Made by a program: the position numbers and the translations under genes | NCBI GenBank assembly: GCA_964016885.1 | Contig: OZ024740.1 | Location: 314,092,001 to 314,156,000, forward strand | Source: Eledone cirrhosa | Lineage: Eukaryota | Direction: 5' to 3' | Length of the DNA stretch: 64,000 bases | Part shown: positions 27,201-40,582 of the stretch, piece after piece | Layout of the letters: each line of letters opens with the position of its first letter | Numbering within the stretch: position 1 is the stretch's first letter | The notes under the pieces: model-generated | Told to the model about the DNA's origin: nothing | Seen by the model: only the letters and a program-made list of their open reading frames with translations | Database searches by the model: none

Positions 27201-27979
27201 ACTTTTGTATATGTATATACTAATACTATATTACTAAACTGGATAAATCCTAAACTTACACATATTAGTTTTGGGAGAATTCGAATGTTGTTTTTCTAAC
27301 ACCTTATTTTATACTTTTTTCCCAAATGCGTATGTGTATATATGTGTAGGGTTACATACATATACACATATGTTTATCTGTGACTTTGTTTGGGTATACA
27401 AATGGAGAAGAATATTAGAAGTAATATAAGTGTGTGTATATAACTGTTATTGAACTGCGTTTTATGCAATTGAGTAAATACATCGAACAGTCAGAATATT
27501 CCTCTGGAAGTATTTTATATTTGCTGAGATGGAGGCCATACTGTAACATTTGATGACAGTCAGATAGCCTTCTTCAGCAAAACTTGACTCGATTACAGTG
27601 GAAGTGTTGATACGGAGATGATCCACACTAAGACCTTCTCGGGTGTAGAAGCCACTATCTGCAGAGTACTCCTATGTCCTGTACAAATACCGTAAAAATA
27701 TATACTTTCACCTTTATTGTCGTTGAATTTCTTTTCGGTGTGAATGTGGGATATTGTTACAGTTTGAGTAATTTTGTTTGCACTACCTTTCTATATATAT
27801 TTCTAAATAGTGTAGGGCTTCGTCGTTCTAAGAGAAAATACTTGTTTGCTCCGAGTTCTATCAACATACAAAAGGCCTATAAATCCTATATTCAATGTTG
27901 ATAAAGAGATTCATGAAATATTTAATCTTTTTTTACTTGCTTTTATGAGGCGGATACAACGCTTTATGATGTTCGTTCC

Positions 27980-28225
27980 GGCTCTCTGCTCTCTGAGCTC
28001 AAATCCCACCAAGGTCAACTTTGATTTCCATCCTTTCGATGTCGATAAAAAAGCACCAGTCTATTACTGGGGTGGATATGTTCCTCTATATCCCTTTCTC
28101 AGTTTCTCTCTCTCAGTTTCTCTCTGCTGTACTCAGGCCTGGAAAGGGATAGGCTTAAAATGTTCAAGAAACGCCGTATGTCAATACGGCGCCCCTACGA
28201 CTCTGTCAAGAGTTACGGGATCATA
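27980..28225 (+). mobile_element. SINE with alternative tail (intronic)
   Basis: GAGCTCAAATCCCACCAAGGTCAACTTTGATTTCCATCCTTTCGATGTCGATAAAA followed by the GGCGCCCCTACGACTC..GAGTTACGGGATC tail. Confidence 0.65.
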
Positions 28226-28734
28226 CACATACATATTTACTTTATCATTATTCTTCTCTGTTAAGCTAAACGAGTAGAAAAAAAATGTCTGACTGTTTTA
28301 CCAACAGACCTCACACAATAACTCTGAACATCTTGGATATGATATTCTTGTTATTTTACTGCGAATGTTTCCTCAAGGTTTGACCGGAAGTTGCTGCTGA
28401 CGTAACGAAGTATTGTGAAATAATCATCACATCTCAATTGCCAAAAAAGCACAGTGGCCAGTTGTTGGGTAGGGGATAAGTCCGTTTTACTTCCAAACTA
28501 TATAATCTAACTCAAGCTATACCATAGCTCAAGCTATACTAATAGACAAGCTGTCTCTCAATGACACAGCAAATCATCTAGCATGATTCCTGCTGCAATT
28601 GATCCGCTAACTCATTAATGCAGTCGATATCTTGACTACTGAAAGTTATATAGCTAACACTCACATTATCTCACTCTCTTCCTCACTTGCTGTTGTTACC
28701 TGTGATCTTAATCATTGCTTCGTGTGTGTGTAGA

Positions 28735-28842
28735 TATCTCTCTCTCTCTCTCTCCCCTCTCTCTTTCTCCCCTCTCCCTTTCTCTTTTACTCTTTCGCTC
28801 TATCTACCTATCTCTCTCATTCTCCCTCTGTCTTTCTTTCTT

Positions 28843-28873
<31 letters not shown>

Positions 28874-29074
28874 CTCGCTCACTCTCTCACTCTCTCTGTC
28901 TCTTTCTTTTTTACTCTCTCTCTATATATATCTCTCTCGTTCTCCCGCTGTCTTTCTTTCTCTCTCTCCCTCTCTCTCTCATTTTCTTTCTCTCTCGCTT
29001 TCTCTCACTCACTCACTCACTCACTCACTCACTCACTCACTCACTCACTCACTCACTCACTCACTCACTCCCTA

Positions 29075-29105
<31 letters not shown>

Positions 29106-29417
29106 CTCAGCCTTATGTACGTCTAACTATTTATACATTTGTTTACACTTTCCCTTCATACTTTCCTTTTGCCTTCGCTACTCTCACCCTTTCTCTTCAC
29201 TTTCCCCTCTGTGTATCTCTCTCTCCCTCTCTGTCTCTCTTCTTCTCTTTCTCTCTTTCTACCTCGCTTTCTTTCTTTCTCTGTCTCTTTGTCACTCTTC
29301 CTCCTCTCTCTCTCTCTTTCTCCCCCCTCTCTCTGTCCCTTTCTCCCCTCTCTCTTTCTACTTCTCTTTCTTTCTTTCTTTCTCACTCCCGCCCGCCCCC
29401 CCCCCCTCTCTCTCTCT
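28735..29417. repeat. CT-rich low-complexity tract including (CACT)n
   Basis: Direct reading. Confidence 0.9.
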
Positions 29418-29494
29418 AATCCACGCTTTTACACCAAAGAATACTTGTATAACATCTAAAATTACACAGAGAACAAAGCGTTGTACTAAAATAT

Positions 29495-30248
29495 GCACAC
29501 ACACAAACACACTCACATCCATACACACATCTATACACACACATGCATACGCACAACCACACACACACAAACGCACACACACGCATCCATACACATGCAC
29601 ACACACAAACACACACACATCCATACACACATCTATACACACACATCCATACACACAACCACACACATCCAAACACATCTATACACACACATCCATACAC
29701 ACACATTCATACACACATCCACACACACATACGCACACACATCCACACACGCATACATACACACACATACATACACACATCCACACACACACATCCACAC
29801 AGAACCACACCGTCCAAACACACATACATACACATACACCCACACACCCACACACACATCCGCACACACATCCAAACATACAACCACACTCACACACATC
29901 CAAACACACATACACACACACAACCACACTCACACATCCAAACACACACACACACACAACCACACTCACACACATCCAAACACACATACACAACCACACT
30001 CACACACATCCAAACACACATACACACACACACAACCACACTCACACACATACACACACACACAACCACACTCACACACATCCAAACACACACACACAAC
30101 CACACAACCATACAACCACACTAACACACATCCAAACACACACACACAACCACACTCACACACATCCAAACACACATACACACACACAACCACACTCACA
30201 CACATCCAAACACACACACACACACACACAACCACACTCACACACATC

Positions 30249-30287
<39 letters not shown>

Positions 30288-30377
30288 CCACACTCACACA
30301 CATCCAAACACATACACAGACATCCGTGCACACATCCAAACACACATACACACACAACCATACTCACACACATCCAA

Positions 30378-30427
<50 letters not shown>

Positions 30428-30440
30428 CCACACTCACATA
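29495..30440. repeat. (CA)n-derived degenerate minisatellite (CACACATCCAAACACA..CAACCACACT units)
   Basis: Recurrent ATCCAAAC and CAACCACACT motifs embedded in CA runs. Confidence 0.88.
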
Positions 30441-30477
30441 CAGTACAGCAATTAAGAGAAACCCAGTCACAACCATG

Positions 30478-31568
30478 TATAAAGCCATATATACATATAC
30501 ACACATATATACATATACACACATATATACATATACACACATATATACATATAACGCCATATATACATATACACACATATATACATATAAAGCCATATAT
30601 ACATATACACACATATATACATATAAAGCCATATATACATATACACACATATATACATATACACACATATATACATATACACACATATATACATATACAC
30701 ACATATATACATATAACGCCATATATACATATACACACATATATACATATACACACATATATACATATAACGCCATATATACATATACACACATATATAC
30801 ATATAAAGCCATATATACATATAAAGCCATATATACATATAAAGCCATATATACATATACACACATATATACATATACACACATATATACATATAAAGCC
30901 ATATATACATATACACACATATATACATATAAAGCCATATATACATATACACACATATATACATATACACACATATATACATATAAAGCCATATATACAT
31001 ATACACACATATATACATATACACACATATATACATATAAAGCCATATATACATATACACACATATATACATATACACACATATATACATATACACACAT
31101 ATATACATATAAAGCCATATATACATATACACACATATATACATATAAAGCCATATATACATATAAAGCCATATATACATATAAAGCCATATATACATAT
31201 ACACACATATATACATATAAAGCCATATATACATATACACACATATATACATATACACACATATATACATATAAAGCCATATATACATATACACACATAT
31301 ATACATATACACACATATATACATATAAAGCCATATATACATATAACGCCATATATACATATAAAGCCATATATACATATACACACATATATACATATAA
31401 AGCCATATATACATATACACACATATATACATATACACACATATATACATATAAAGCCATATATACATATAAAGCCATATATACATATAAAGCCATATAT
31501 ACATATAAAGCCATATATACATATAAAGCCATATATACATATAAAGCCATATATACATATACACACAT
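30478..31568. repeat. 18-bp minisatellite with interleaved variant units
   Basis: The units ATATATACATAT+ACACAC, +AAAGCC or +AACGCC keep a strict 18-bp register. Confidence 0.95.
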
Positions 31569-31789
31569 TGTTTTTCGTGTGTGCCTCTAACCAATAGAAT
31601 GTTCTTCAAATAACATTAGTTTCATATCAGATTGTGGACCTTCTAATAGAAGAAGAAGAACAGGGAGGAGGCGGGAATGATAGAGCAGGAGGTGAGAAGG
31701 GTAGAGGAGGAGAAGGTTAGAGGAGAAGAAAAAGAAGAAGAACAACAAGAACAAAAGAGGAGGAGGATAGTTCTGGTGGTGGGGTGGTG

Positions 31790-32620
31790 TGATTTCTTTT
31801 ATTGACTGCAAGGGGAAGCATAACGTTGAAAAGAATAGAATACACGGGCGGCGAAACCCACAGAACATAAATTGGGCTTTACAGGGATTTAGGGTGAGGA
31901 GAAAGTGACAAAAGTAAGGCAGGAGATTTAACAATAACTATAAGGATAATAAATAGTAATGATAGCAAAAATATAATGTCAAATAGAAAAAGTTTCTCCA
32001 ATAGAAGGGGATGGCGCTCGAGGAAAATTCTAATGGGACTCCACACAAAATATAACGTTGTAAGGGTTTCGCTGAAAAGGAAAGGTAAATTCTTGTACTC
32101 AAATCTTTTAGAAATATACACAACACATCTTTATCACCATAGCTACCAGGCAAAGGAAGACCTACCGCTATAGGCTCGGCTTAACCGGATCTGTGTTACA
32201 CTTAAGGCACCAAGTCTTCAATGCAAGGAAAATGGTCAATAACGTATAGAGAGGTTTCATTGGCCTGCATACATCGCGGAAAAGTTTGGCTGCTAGAACT
32301 TCCGCGCCTGCTGAGCATGTCTCCAACAGGTAATGTTCCCCTGTAGCACTGCCATGCTAAAGATTTTGAGAAATTGTCCGTAACTCCCGATCTGAAGGTT
32401 CTATATACGAACATGTTTAGACAGTTTGTACCAATGCTCTGAACCGCTCCAATGCTATCGTAGTTTATACCCTCCACTAATTCTTTGTAGAACCAAAGCG
32501 ATGTTTGCTGATCGCCCGTCACATTTTCCATGATAAAGAACGCGTCTCCCACACCATCCTCCGGGGAAACACCTTCTCTATTCTGTCCGCCGGGGTCGCG
32601 GGGGTATCCAGCGCATGGTT
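31790..32620 (-). mobile_element. Tx1/L1-like non-LTR element 3' fragment, decayed
   Basis: FSKSLAWQCYRGTLPVGDMLSRRG...PRCMQANET...C resembles the zf-RVT region of L1/Tx1 ORF2. Confidence 0.65.
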
Positions 32621-33039
32621 TCCCATTAGCTTATAATAGTGAGAGATGGGGAGAGCGAGAGAGACGGAGGCAGTGAGTGAAATAGAGAGAACATCAATGA
32701 ACACCACGCGGCCTTGTATGCTTGTCAATACTCTAAGGTTTCAGAGAATGACAAAGCAACCACATTCTGCGATATGTCAATCTATATATACAAGAAGATA
32801 AATACATCGTCGGAAATTGTTGTCAAGGACCACTAGGAAAGATAGTGTTCCATAATCGAAGTATCAGTCCTAGCAATAAGTAATCAATGTATCTTTTAAA
32901 ATTAGAGAAACTGTCCAAATATACAGATGAACAAAATGCAATCCCCATAATAATATGGAGATTGATTGAAATGAATGAAAAAACTACAGGATTTACAAAT
33001 ATCTAAGTGTAAAGTCTGTCGCAAGCTCGGAAACTCAAG

Positions 33040-33272
33040 CCAGAAGGCTCGTTAAGTCGGTGTTTATCCCGGTATCTGTTGCATGAAGTGACTGAGAGTA
33101 TAAGTTCACCGCAGGGTTAAACTCCAAGCTATTGGTACTCATTTTCAGTTGAGTATACTGGAGCAACATGAAATGAAGTGTTCTGCCCAAGAATACAACA
33201 CGCAACCCAGCCCAGGAATCGAACCCACATTATCATCGTAATTCCAACACCCTTACCAGTAGACCATGCGCC
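33040..33272 (-). mobile_element. Second tRNA-derived SINE family (CORE-like central domain)
   Basis: The minus strand has a GGTTCGATTCC B-box followed by GTGTTGTATTCTTGGGCAGAACACTT. Related copies lie at 48545-48760 and 56400-56610. Confidence 0.7.
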
Positions 33273-33811
33273 GCCTCCATAAATACACGTAATTTACAAA
33301 TATACATAACAAATAAAATTCAACTACTAGGCAATGCACAATTATTGCATATTATTGGGTATATTACGATAAAAAATACAAAACCTCACCAAACATCTGA
33401 CATCCAGTTAAGATGCAGAAACGTGCGTTCTGTAATGTAGTAAAATTAAGACAATGTTGTGATGGTGTTGGTAGTAGGAGAGTGATAGGAGGGAAGAACT
33501 TCACCTGAAGAGATTGAAATCGATTTGCCAATTAGATTTTCACTCGCTGAACCACATCTCATACCTGTCATCTGTTCCCTAACTTGTTTAGGCGACGACA
33601 ATGTCATTGCCATTTCTTTTTTATTGAAAAAGATCAAAACCTTTTTTCAAAATTTAATCCGGTGGCGCAAATAACTAAAGGGGAAACCAGTTTCTTAGAA
33701 TCTTGACTTCCCTTACTCCCAACAAAATAGTAGAAACCTAAAATATAAAGAACGTCTGAACTATTGAGTGAAGCAGAAATCTTCCGAGTGAAGCAAAACG
33801 GAGGAGAGGGG

Positions 33812-33813
<2 letters not shown>

Positions 33814-33843
<30 letters not shown>

Positions 33844-33878
33844 AAGAAGAAGAAGAAGAAGAAGAAGAAGAAGAAGAA
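33814..33878. repeat. (AAG)n microsatellite
   Basis: Direct reading. Confidence 0.97.
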
Positions 33879-33909
33879 TGGGGATAATGAGAGGGCAGCG
33901 GCAACAAGA

Positions 33910-34110
33910 TTTAGGCACAAGGCCGGCAATTTGGTGGGAGAGCAGAGTCGATTAAATTAACCCCAGTATGTTACTGGTAATCTATTTTATCGACCCCGTA
34001 TAGCTGCAAGGCAAAGCTAACCTCGGTGAGATTGAACTCAGAACGTAAAGGGCCGCAACTAAATGCTGCAATGCATGTTGTCCGACGTTCTACCAATTCG
34101 CCAACCCATC
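33910..34110 (-). mobile_element. tRNA-derived SINE (main family)
   Basis: Reverse complement of consensus core and tail. Confidence 0.8.
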
Positions 34111-35101
34111 AAATAATAGCAATGATGATGGCGATGATGATGATGATGATGATAAATCATTACCGTTGTTATTATTCTTGTTGATGTTCTTGTTATATAA
34201 CGAAAACTATTTTAACACTATTAAGTTTTGCTATTTTCTGCTTATTGCCTTCACTCTCACGCTTCTGTGTACACACGCATACACATACACAAGTGTACAT
34301 ACAGACTCAGATACATACTAATTGACTAATACAAAATTATACACATACATTCATTCAAAAAACTTACAAAAATATTCACACAAATTCACTTATACGAACA
34401 GTGACAGATTATCATATACGTATACACAACTATACAACACTATGCGCCCACACATATTTTTACACGCACATATACGAAGAGACACATAAACAGATATGTG
34501 CAAAGAATAGCAAAGGCAAAGAAAAGCATCGTGAAGAAATTCCTTGAGGCGATTGTAAGTGATTGACAAAATTAAAAATAAAATAATATAGGAAACAAAA
34601 TGGTGAATCTCAATCTGTCCGAATTTTTCGTTGTGATGAAAATAGTTTAAAGCTTGAGGCAAAACGAACTGATAGAAGCAGTATAAAATAGATTACTATT
34701 ATACTAAAATACAAGAATGGAAACTATCTTTATGGAATTTCTGTGATGTGGATTGTTAGAGCGAGATTGCTTTTTACAAAAGCTGGACATATTTTGTTAT
34801 ACACTTTTGGGATTGCTTTTAATAACTAGGTAAGGAATTTATAGAGAAAGAAGTGTTTTGTACGCTTCAGTATGCGTATATGTGTACGCGCGCACATTGC
34901 GTGTTTGTGTGTATGTGAGACATACAAAGAAGTTTAGATCTGAGTAAGATGTGTACATATTTAAGTGTAATGGTTGCAGAGCTTTTTGAAGTTGCATGTG
35001 GGAGTGTAGAAATGAGCATATGAATTTGTATCTCGAAATATGCAAAGGTTACTACATACATATGTATTTGTATGCACACACACACACATACATACACACA
35101 C

Positions 35102-35158
<57 letters not shown>

Positions 35159-35239
35159 GTTCAATTTAAATTGTTGGGATACAACAAGCAAATATTTTTA
35201 TAACTGATATAAAGCACTCAACAAATAATTGGAGTAAAA

Positions 35240-35601
35240 ATACGATATTAACAAATGGAAACTATATTTATAAAAGCATATTTATTTCATTATACATATT
35301 TCAAGGACACCAAGTTAAATTATGGGGTGCTTTCATCAGATAAAATATAATATAGAGCAGTTTTATAAATAAATATTGACATACCGTTAAAGAATGCGAC
35401 CATTTCTGTTGGAAGCTCCCGGGAGCTTCCAACAGAAATGGTCGCATTCTTTAACGGTATGTCAATATTTATTTATAAAACTGCTCTATATTATATTTTA
35501 TCTGATGAAAGCACCCCATAATTTAACTTGGTGTCCTTGAAATATGTATAATGAAATAAATATGGTTTTATAAATATAGTTTCCATTTGTTAATATCGTA
35601 T
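35240..35601. repeat. Loopless near-perfect palindrome (181-bp arms) in globin intron 1
   Basis: Centre GAAGCTCCC|GGGAGCTTC at 35420/35421, with one mismatch seen. Confidence 0.95.
35494..35558 (+). ncRNA. Type I hammerhead motif (mirror on - at 35283-35347)
   Basis: UAUUUUAU-CUGAUGA-AAG CACC..GGUG UC CUU-GAAA-UAUGUA-UA-AUGAAAUA. Stem I is 8 bp, stem II is AAG/CUU plus CACC/GGUG, and the triplet is AUA. Confidence 0.72.
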
Positions 35602-35610
35602 ATATATAAA

Positions 35611-35795
35611 GGGCAGTGAATTGGCAGTATCGGTAGAGGGTCGGGCGCCATGCTCTCCAGCATAGTTACATCCCTTTACGGTCTGAGTTCAAATCTCGTC
35701 GAGGTTAACTTTACCTTTCATCCTTACGGGGTCGATAAATAAAGTACCAGTAATGTACTGGGTAATTACTAGCCTTGTGCTAAAAGTAGCAACAA
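35611..35795 (+). mobile_element. tRNA-derived SINE (main family)
   Basis: Full consensus. Confidence 0.88.
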
Positions 35796-35807
35796 CTATA
35801 TATATAC

Positions 35808-35849
<42 letters not shown>

Positions 35850-36108
35850 TAGAATCTCTGTTTTTATTAATCTTTGGAATCTTCTTCTTCTTCTTCTTCT
35901 TTATCGTCGTTTTACATTCATTTAAATCAATTCTAGTAATATTAGCCATCATATATATCGTAGATTACCTAGCGTGACAGTAACATCAACAGCAACTTTG
36001 ATATGCGATAACAGCAATAAAACAACCCTATGAATGGCCGGTGGGGGGTCTTTGTTGTTGTGTTTGATGTTGTTGTTGTTGTTCGTTGATAGATAAATAC
36101 ATTGGTTG

Positions 36109-36139
<31 letters not shown>

Positions 36140-36164
36140 TGTATGTATGTATGTATGTATGTAT

Positions 36165-36756
36165 GTCAGGTCACCAGTTGCTGCTACTGGTAACATGTAT
36201 CCCAGTACAACCTGGTTCATGGTCGGGTCGTTGGCGACTAAACTGGCAACCCCACCAAGGTTTCTTGGTGAGGAGGGTGACTTTGGACATCCTGCAGGAC
36301 TAAAAACAAAACCTGTCAAAGGGCAAAGGAGCTCTTAAGAGTCAATGGCCATCCAAAATCACCGGGAGAGATGACCCCTTAGCCTTTGTCAAGGCAGAAT
36401 TCTAGGAGAAGGAAAACTCTGATATAACACCTGCAACCCTGATGGTATCCAATGATGTTGACTTTTTCTTCTTGGTTAAGAGAGTGGGACTGGCTTTGTG
36501 CAGTGCCTTTGCTCACTATAAAAGCTTCACGACACAGGCATTGCTTTATATCTGGAGATCTCTCTGCACTTGTCATCACATGGTACCATGGGCCCAGCAC
36601 TATGTGTCAATAATTGTCACAAGTGTAGTGTTTGTACCAGAGTTTTCAAGTCGCTGGCTGGACTGAAAAGTCACACTCGTTCAGCGCATCGGTAGGGGTT
36701 CTCTTACATGGATATAAAGTAGTGGCCGTACTCGAAAACGAGTTGGCAGCCACCAT
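36165..36756 (+). mobile_element. RTE-derived bipartite element flanked by (TATG)n
   Basis: Reverse complement of 10274-10882 with an 18-bp internal deletion. (TATG)n lies on both sides. Confidence 0.85.
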
Positions 36757-37618
36757 GTATGTATGTATGTATGTATGTGTGTATGTATATAAAGAGAGTG
36801 AGGGGGGAAATAAATAGATAGACAGAGTGCATGAGGTGTAAGAGAGATAGGTAGGTAGATAGGTTGACGTTTTTGTTGTAAACAGATACAGACAGGTGTA
36901 TATCTATACATATATAAACACACCCCTGCACCTGGATAGGGATGGGCTCCGCCAGGCTTAAAATGCTCAAGAGACGGTGTATGCCAATACGGCACCCCAA
37001 CGACGCTCTCGGGAGTTACTGGACTATATAATACTATATGTATGCACATCACTTGCATGACTGTATTTGGGTTAGAATGTATGGTCTGCATTACTTTCGA
37101 TGCACAACCACCACAAGGGAACAACAAATGTTCAAATATGAAGAAAATGTATATCTACGTTTAGTTCTGTTTACAGATTTGTGGCTACGTCTGAATGAGT
37201 AAATGTGTTACTATGTTTATTTCTTTGTGTCCTCAGATCTATCTGTGTTAGTGAGTATATACAATGTTTGCGGCCGAAATGGGGTTCCTCCGAAGGGTAT
37301 TTGAAGTAACGTTACTTGATAGAGTGCGTAGTTCGGATATCAGAGAGTCACTCCATGTAGAGCCGCTACTACTCCGAATCGTAAATAAAATCGGATGATT
37401 CTGTTTGATACACACTGTATATTAACATTGATGTAAAGTTGGTGAGTGTTTCGTTCGCATGATCTGCTGTGTTTCTGTCTTGCCCAGAATTGGGTTTTTT
37501 CAGCCATCAACTCAGTTAATATTAAATTTAGGCAGCATTATGTTATGATAACTTCTCAGTAAGCTATGAAGAATTCTCAATAGGAGCTTCAGTTTCTGTA
37601 TCATTAATTACTTAGATA

Positions 37619-37805
37619 AGGTGGATTGGCAGTATTGGTAGAGGGTCGGACGCCATGCTTTCCAGCATAGTTACGTCCCTTTACGATCTGAGTTCAAATC
37701 CCGCCGAGGTTGACTTTGCCTTTCATCCTTACAGGGTCGATAAAATAAAGTACCAGTAATGCATTGGGTAATTGCTGGCCTTGTGCCTAAAGTAGAAACA
37801 ATTAA
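37619..37805 (+). mobile_element. tRNA-derived SINE with target-site duplication
   Basis: Full consensus flanked by ATTAATTACTTAGATAA on both sides. Confidence 0.9.
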
Positions 37806-39044
37806 TTACTTAGATAACTAACCTACATGAAATTCTTCGTTGCCATGATGAAAATAGTAATCACACCTCCATGATAGCACACTAATTTTTCTTTAAAAAA
37901 AGGACAGGTTTTGTTTTCTAATTTTTCCCAGACACACAATGTTTTATAAAAATGTTAATGTTTAACCTATCAATATGTATACATGCAACCGAAAAACCTC
38001 ACCTTAAATAAATCAAAGCTCCCATCACTTCTAACTGTAACCATTTCACTGAAGAAATATACAAACATATAACTTACCCTGTCTGTTAGTTCAGCCAGTC
38101 ATGAAATAGAGAATGGAAGACACTGCCCGCTGGCCGTCCAACGCGTGAACCCTTGTTTGCTTAGAGATGGGAAGAGCTAGAGAGACGGAGGCAGTGACTA
38201 TACCAGCATTGCTGAAGTATTTTGTAGAGTTAAAGATTAAGCGATTTTATGGAAAAAAAAACAATCTCCTCCTCACTACATCACATTACAGGCTGATTTG
38301 TTATGAGATACATAAATAAGACCAATATGTAGGTGGTGGTTCGTATTGTTATGACATCAAGGAAGTTGTTTTACCATATTAAGATAAGTGGTTCGTTACG
38401 CAGCGCTCGTCAAGAATCGAGGTTAAATAACATACGCGAGTCGATAAAAATGTTTTATTCGAAACGTATTGGAGGGTTCTGTGCTCTCTCTTGTTCCATT
38501 GGTATCTATTTTAATTACGTCAGACAGCACATTGGAAGCCGGTTTGCATTCCATCCCTGCTTCAACACGTAGGAGACACCATTTTGTATGGTACAAACGT
38601 TGTATTAAATGAGGTAAGCTGCAAAATCAAATACGCCGGTACGAGTTCGTATCATTCGCCTGTTAAAAATGTAATTTTGGTTTTTCATACATTTTTATAC
38701 ATTCATAAATACATTATGAAACACATATCTATGCACAAACACACGCGCACACAGTGGTATTTCCATATTTCTTTACAACGTATGAGTGGGTCACGGCAGG
38801 AACAACTTTGATCATAGGTATCCTCGATCAAACTTCACCTGCGGCTAAACAAAAACAATTATCTAGAACAATATTTTTCGCTATCCCTTTTAAACATTGT
38901 CTATCTCGGGGTTTAATTTCTTACTACTCGGTTAAATGAATTTCTTTGTTTGAACTATACTTAATTTTGATCTGAGTATTTCAAACAAAACCTCTAACCC
39001 AACTTACTTAGAGGTTTTTATTGTTTAATTAAGAACACTTTAAA

Positions 39045-39270
39045 GGCGGTAGATAGGCAGTATCGGTTGAGTGTCGGACAACATACTTTGCGGCATATAG
39101 CTACATCTCTTTTTGTTCTGAGTTCAAATACCGCCGAGGTTAACTTTGCCTTTCATCCTTACGGGTTCGATAAAATAAAGTACCAGTAACACACTGGGGT
39201 CGATTAAATTGACTTACCCCCACTCCCTAAAAATATTGTTGGTCTTGTGCCTAAATCAGAAACCAATATT
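39045..39270 (+). mobile_element. tRNA-derived SINE directly upstream of globin exon 2 acceptor
   Basis: Consensus head, core and tail. Confidence 0.85.
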
Positions 39271-39309
39271 TCTCTTTTAATCTAATAATTTCTTAATTTA
39301 TTGTTGCAG

Positions 39310-39535
39310 GTTGTTCTTAACATACCCTGAGTATATAGAATATTTTCCTAAGTTCAGAGGCAAACCATTTAGTGAAATCAAAGAAATGACCACTTTTGTT
39401 TTTCATGCAAAAAGTGTGTTCGCGGCTTTGACATCCATTGTAAACAATCTAGACAAAAGTGATGTCCTAGTGTCGCTGCTGGTTAAAACAGGAAAAGACC
39501 ACCACATGAGAGGAGTTCCGGTTGAAGCGTTCCAC
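39310..39535 (+). CDS. Globin, coding exon 2 (B12 to G6; haem-binding core)
   Basis: The TTGTTGCAG|G acceptor completes the Lys codon. Translation includes LFLTYPEYIEYF (C2 Pro, CD1 Phe), FHAKSVF (E7 His, E11 Val) and GKDHHMRGV (F8 His). It ends CAC|GTACGT (phase 0, G7.0). Confidence 0.93.
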
Positions 39536-39709
39536 GTACGTGAGACTTTATTTTTGAAATATATTCTCTTTATTCTGTACATTAAACTAAATATATGAAT
39601 ATGTTTTCTCTCTCTCTCTTCCCAATATGTTTCTTCAAAAGTCATTTTATTATAATAATGTCAGTTGGCCTAGTGCCTATAGTAGAAACCATTATAATAA
39701 CGTGAGTTA

Positions 39710-39890
39710 GGCGGTGGATTAGCAGTATCAGTAGAGAGTCGGACACCATGCTTTGCAGCATAGAGTTACGGTCCTTTACAGTCTGAGTTCAAATCCCGCC
39801 GAGGTTAACTTTGCCTTTCATCCTTACGGGGTCGATAAAATAAAGTACCAGTAACGTACTGGGGTCGATTTAATCGACTTTCCACGCCCA
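39710..39890 (+). mobile_element. tRNA-derived SINE in globin intron 2
   Basis: Consensus head and core. Confidence 0.85.
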
Positions 39891-40196
39891 TTCAAATGTT
39901 TAACTATGAAACGAATTCTAAGACAGTTTAAATTGTATTCACAGTTGTATAAATAACATTACAAACATTTCACAATTCTTTCAGAATGAAAATATAAACA
40001 CATATATAAAAACATAATATATGCAATTAATTATTGATAGGATCCTTAGAAATACAACACACCAAAGAAAAACAAAAACAAAAACGACCATCATGTGCGA
40101 CAATCGGCCGCACATCACAAAGATCAATGAAAAACACTGTTTATAAATGTCTCTAAAATCCTGTAGCAAAATCAAAATGAGAATATTTATATATAG

Positions 40197-40381
40197 CAGA
40201 CCTGCCAACCTCTAAAAATCCAAACCGAGAAAAAAGGTGCCTCAAATGGGAAGAAATGAGGCAAAATGGGAAGAATTTACATAATGAAAGCTATACCCAT
40301 TTTCACAAAAAAAGACATCCCTCGTCTACCCCATAGTGGATGAGAGATCTCCCTGTCGGACGGAGAGAGTTCACAGGTCTG
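40197..40381 (+). mobile_element. About 185-bp MITE, hAT-like TIRs, 6-bp TSD
   Basis: Ends are CAGACCTGCCAAC ... GTTCACAGGTCTG. ATATAG flanks both sides. Confidence 0.8.
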
Positions 40382-40582
40382 ATATAGTGGAATTTTTCAC
40401 TCGTGGATTATTATTCTGCGAGAAAAAAAAAGTTAACCAAATAAATTGTATCAACATTATAATGTTGATGAAAGGGGGGGGGGGGGGGGGTCAGAAATGA
40501 TAGAGATATTGAAATAGCAAAATACTTTATGACAATGTAACAAATCAATATATTTACAATATTATTTGTTTTAATTCTTCAG

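Noticed and set aside
30478-31568. CRISPR-like constant-plus-variable periodic array
   Set aside because: The variable part is only 6 nt with three recurring states, there are no cas genes, and the context is eukaryotic. It is a minisatellite.
28687-31609. 967-aa ORF and overlapping 380-424 aa ORFs
   Set aside because: They are made entirely of CT, CA and 18-bp repeats, open in several frames on both strands, and lie in the globin intron.
33500-33530. CTGAAGA-GATT-GAAATCGATT hammerhead-like string
   Set aside because: There is no room for stem II and no stem I pairing.
33764-33955. Poly-Arg protamine-like ORF
   Set aside because: Translation of an (AAG)n microsatellite.
39536-39598. C-terminal part of the supplied ORF 39311-39598 (VRETLFLKY...)
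   Set aside because: This is read-through into the intron after the GTACGT donor. The true continuation is exon 40583-40717.
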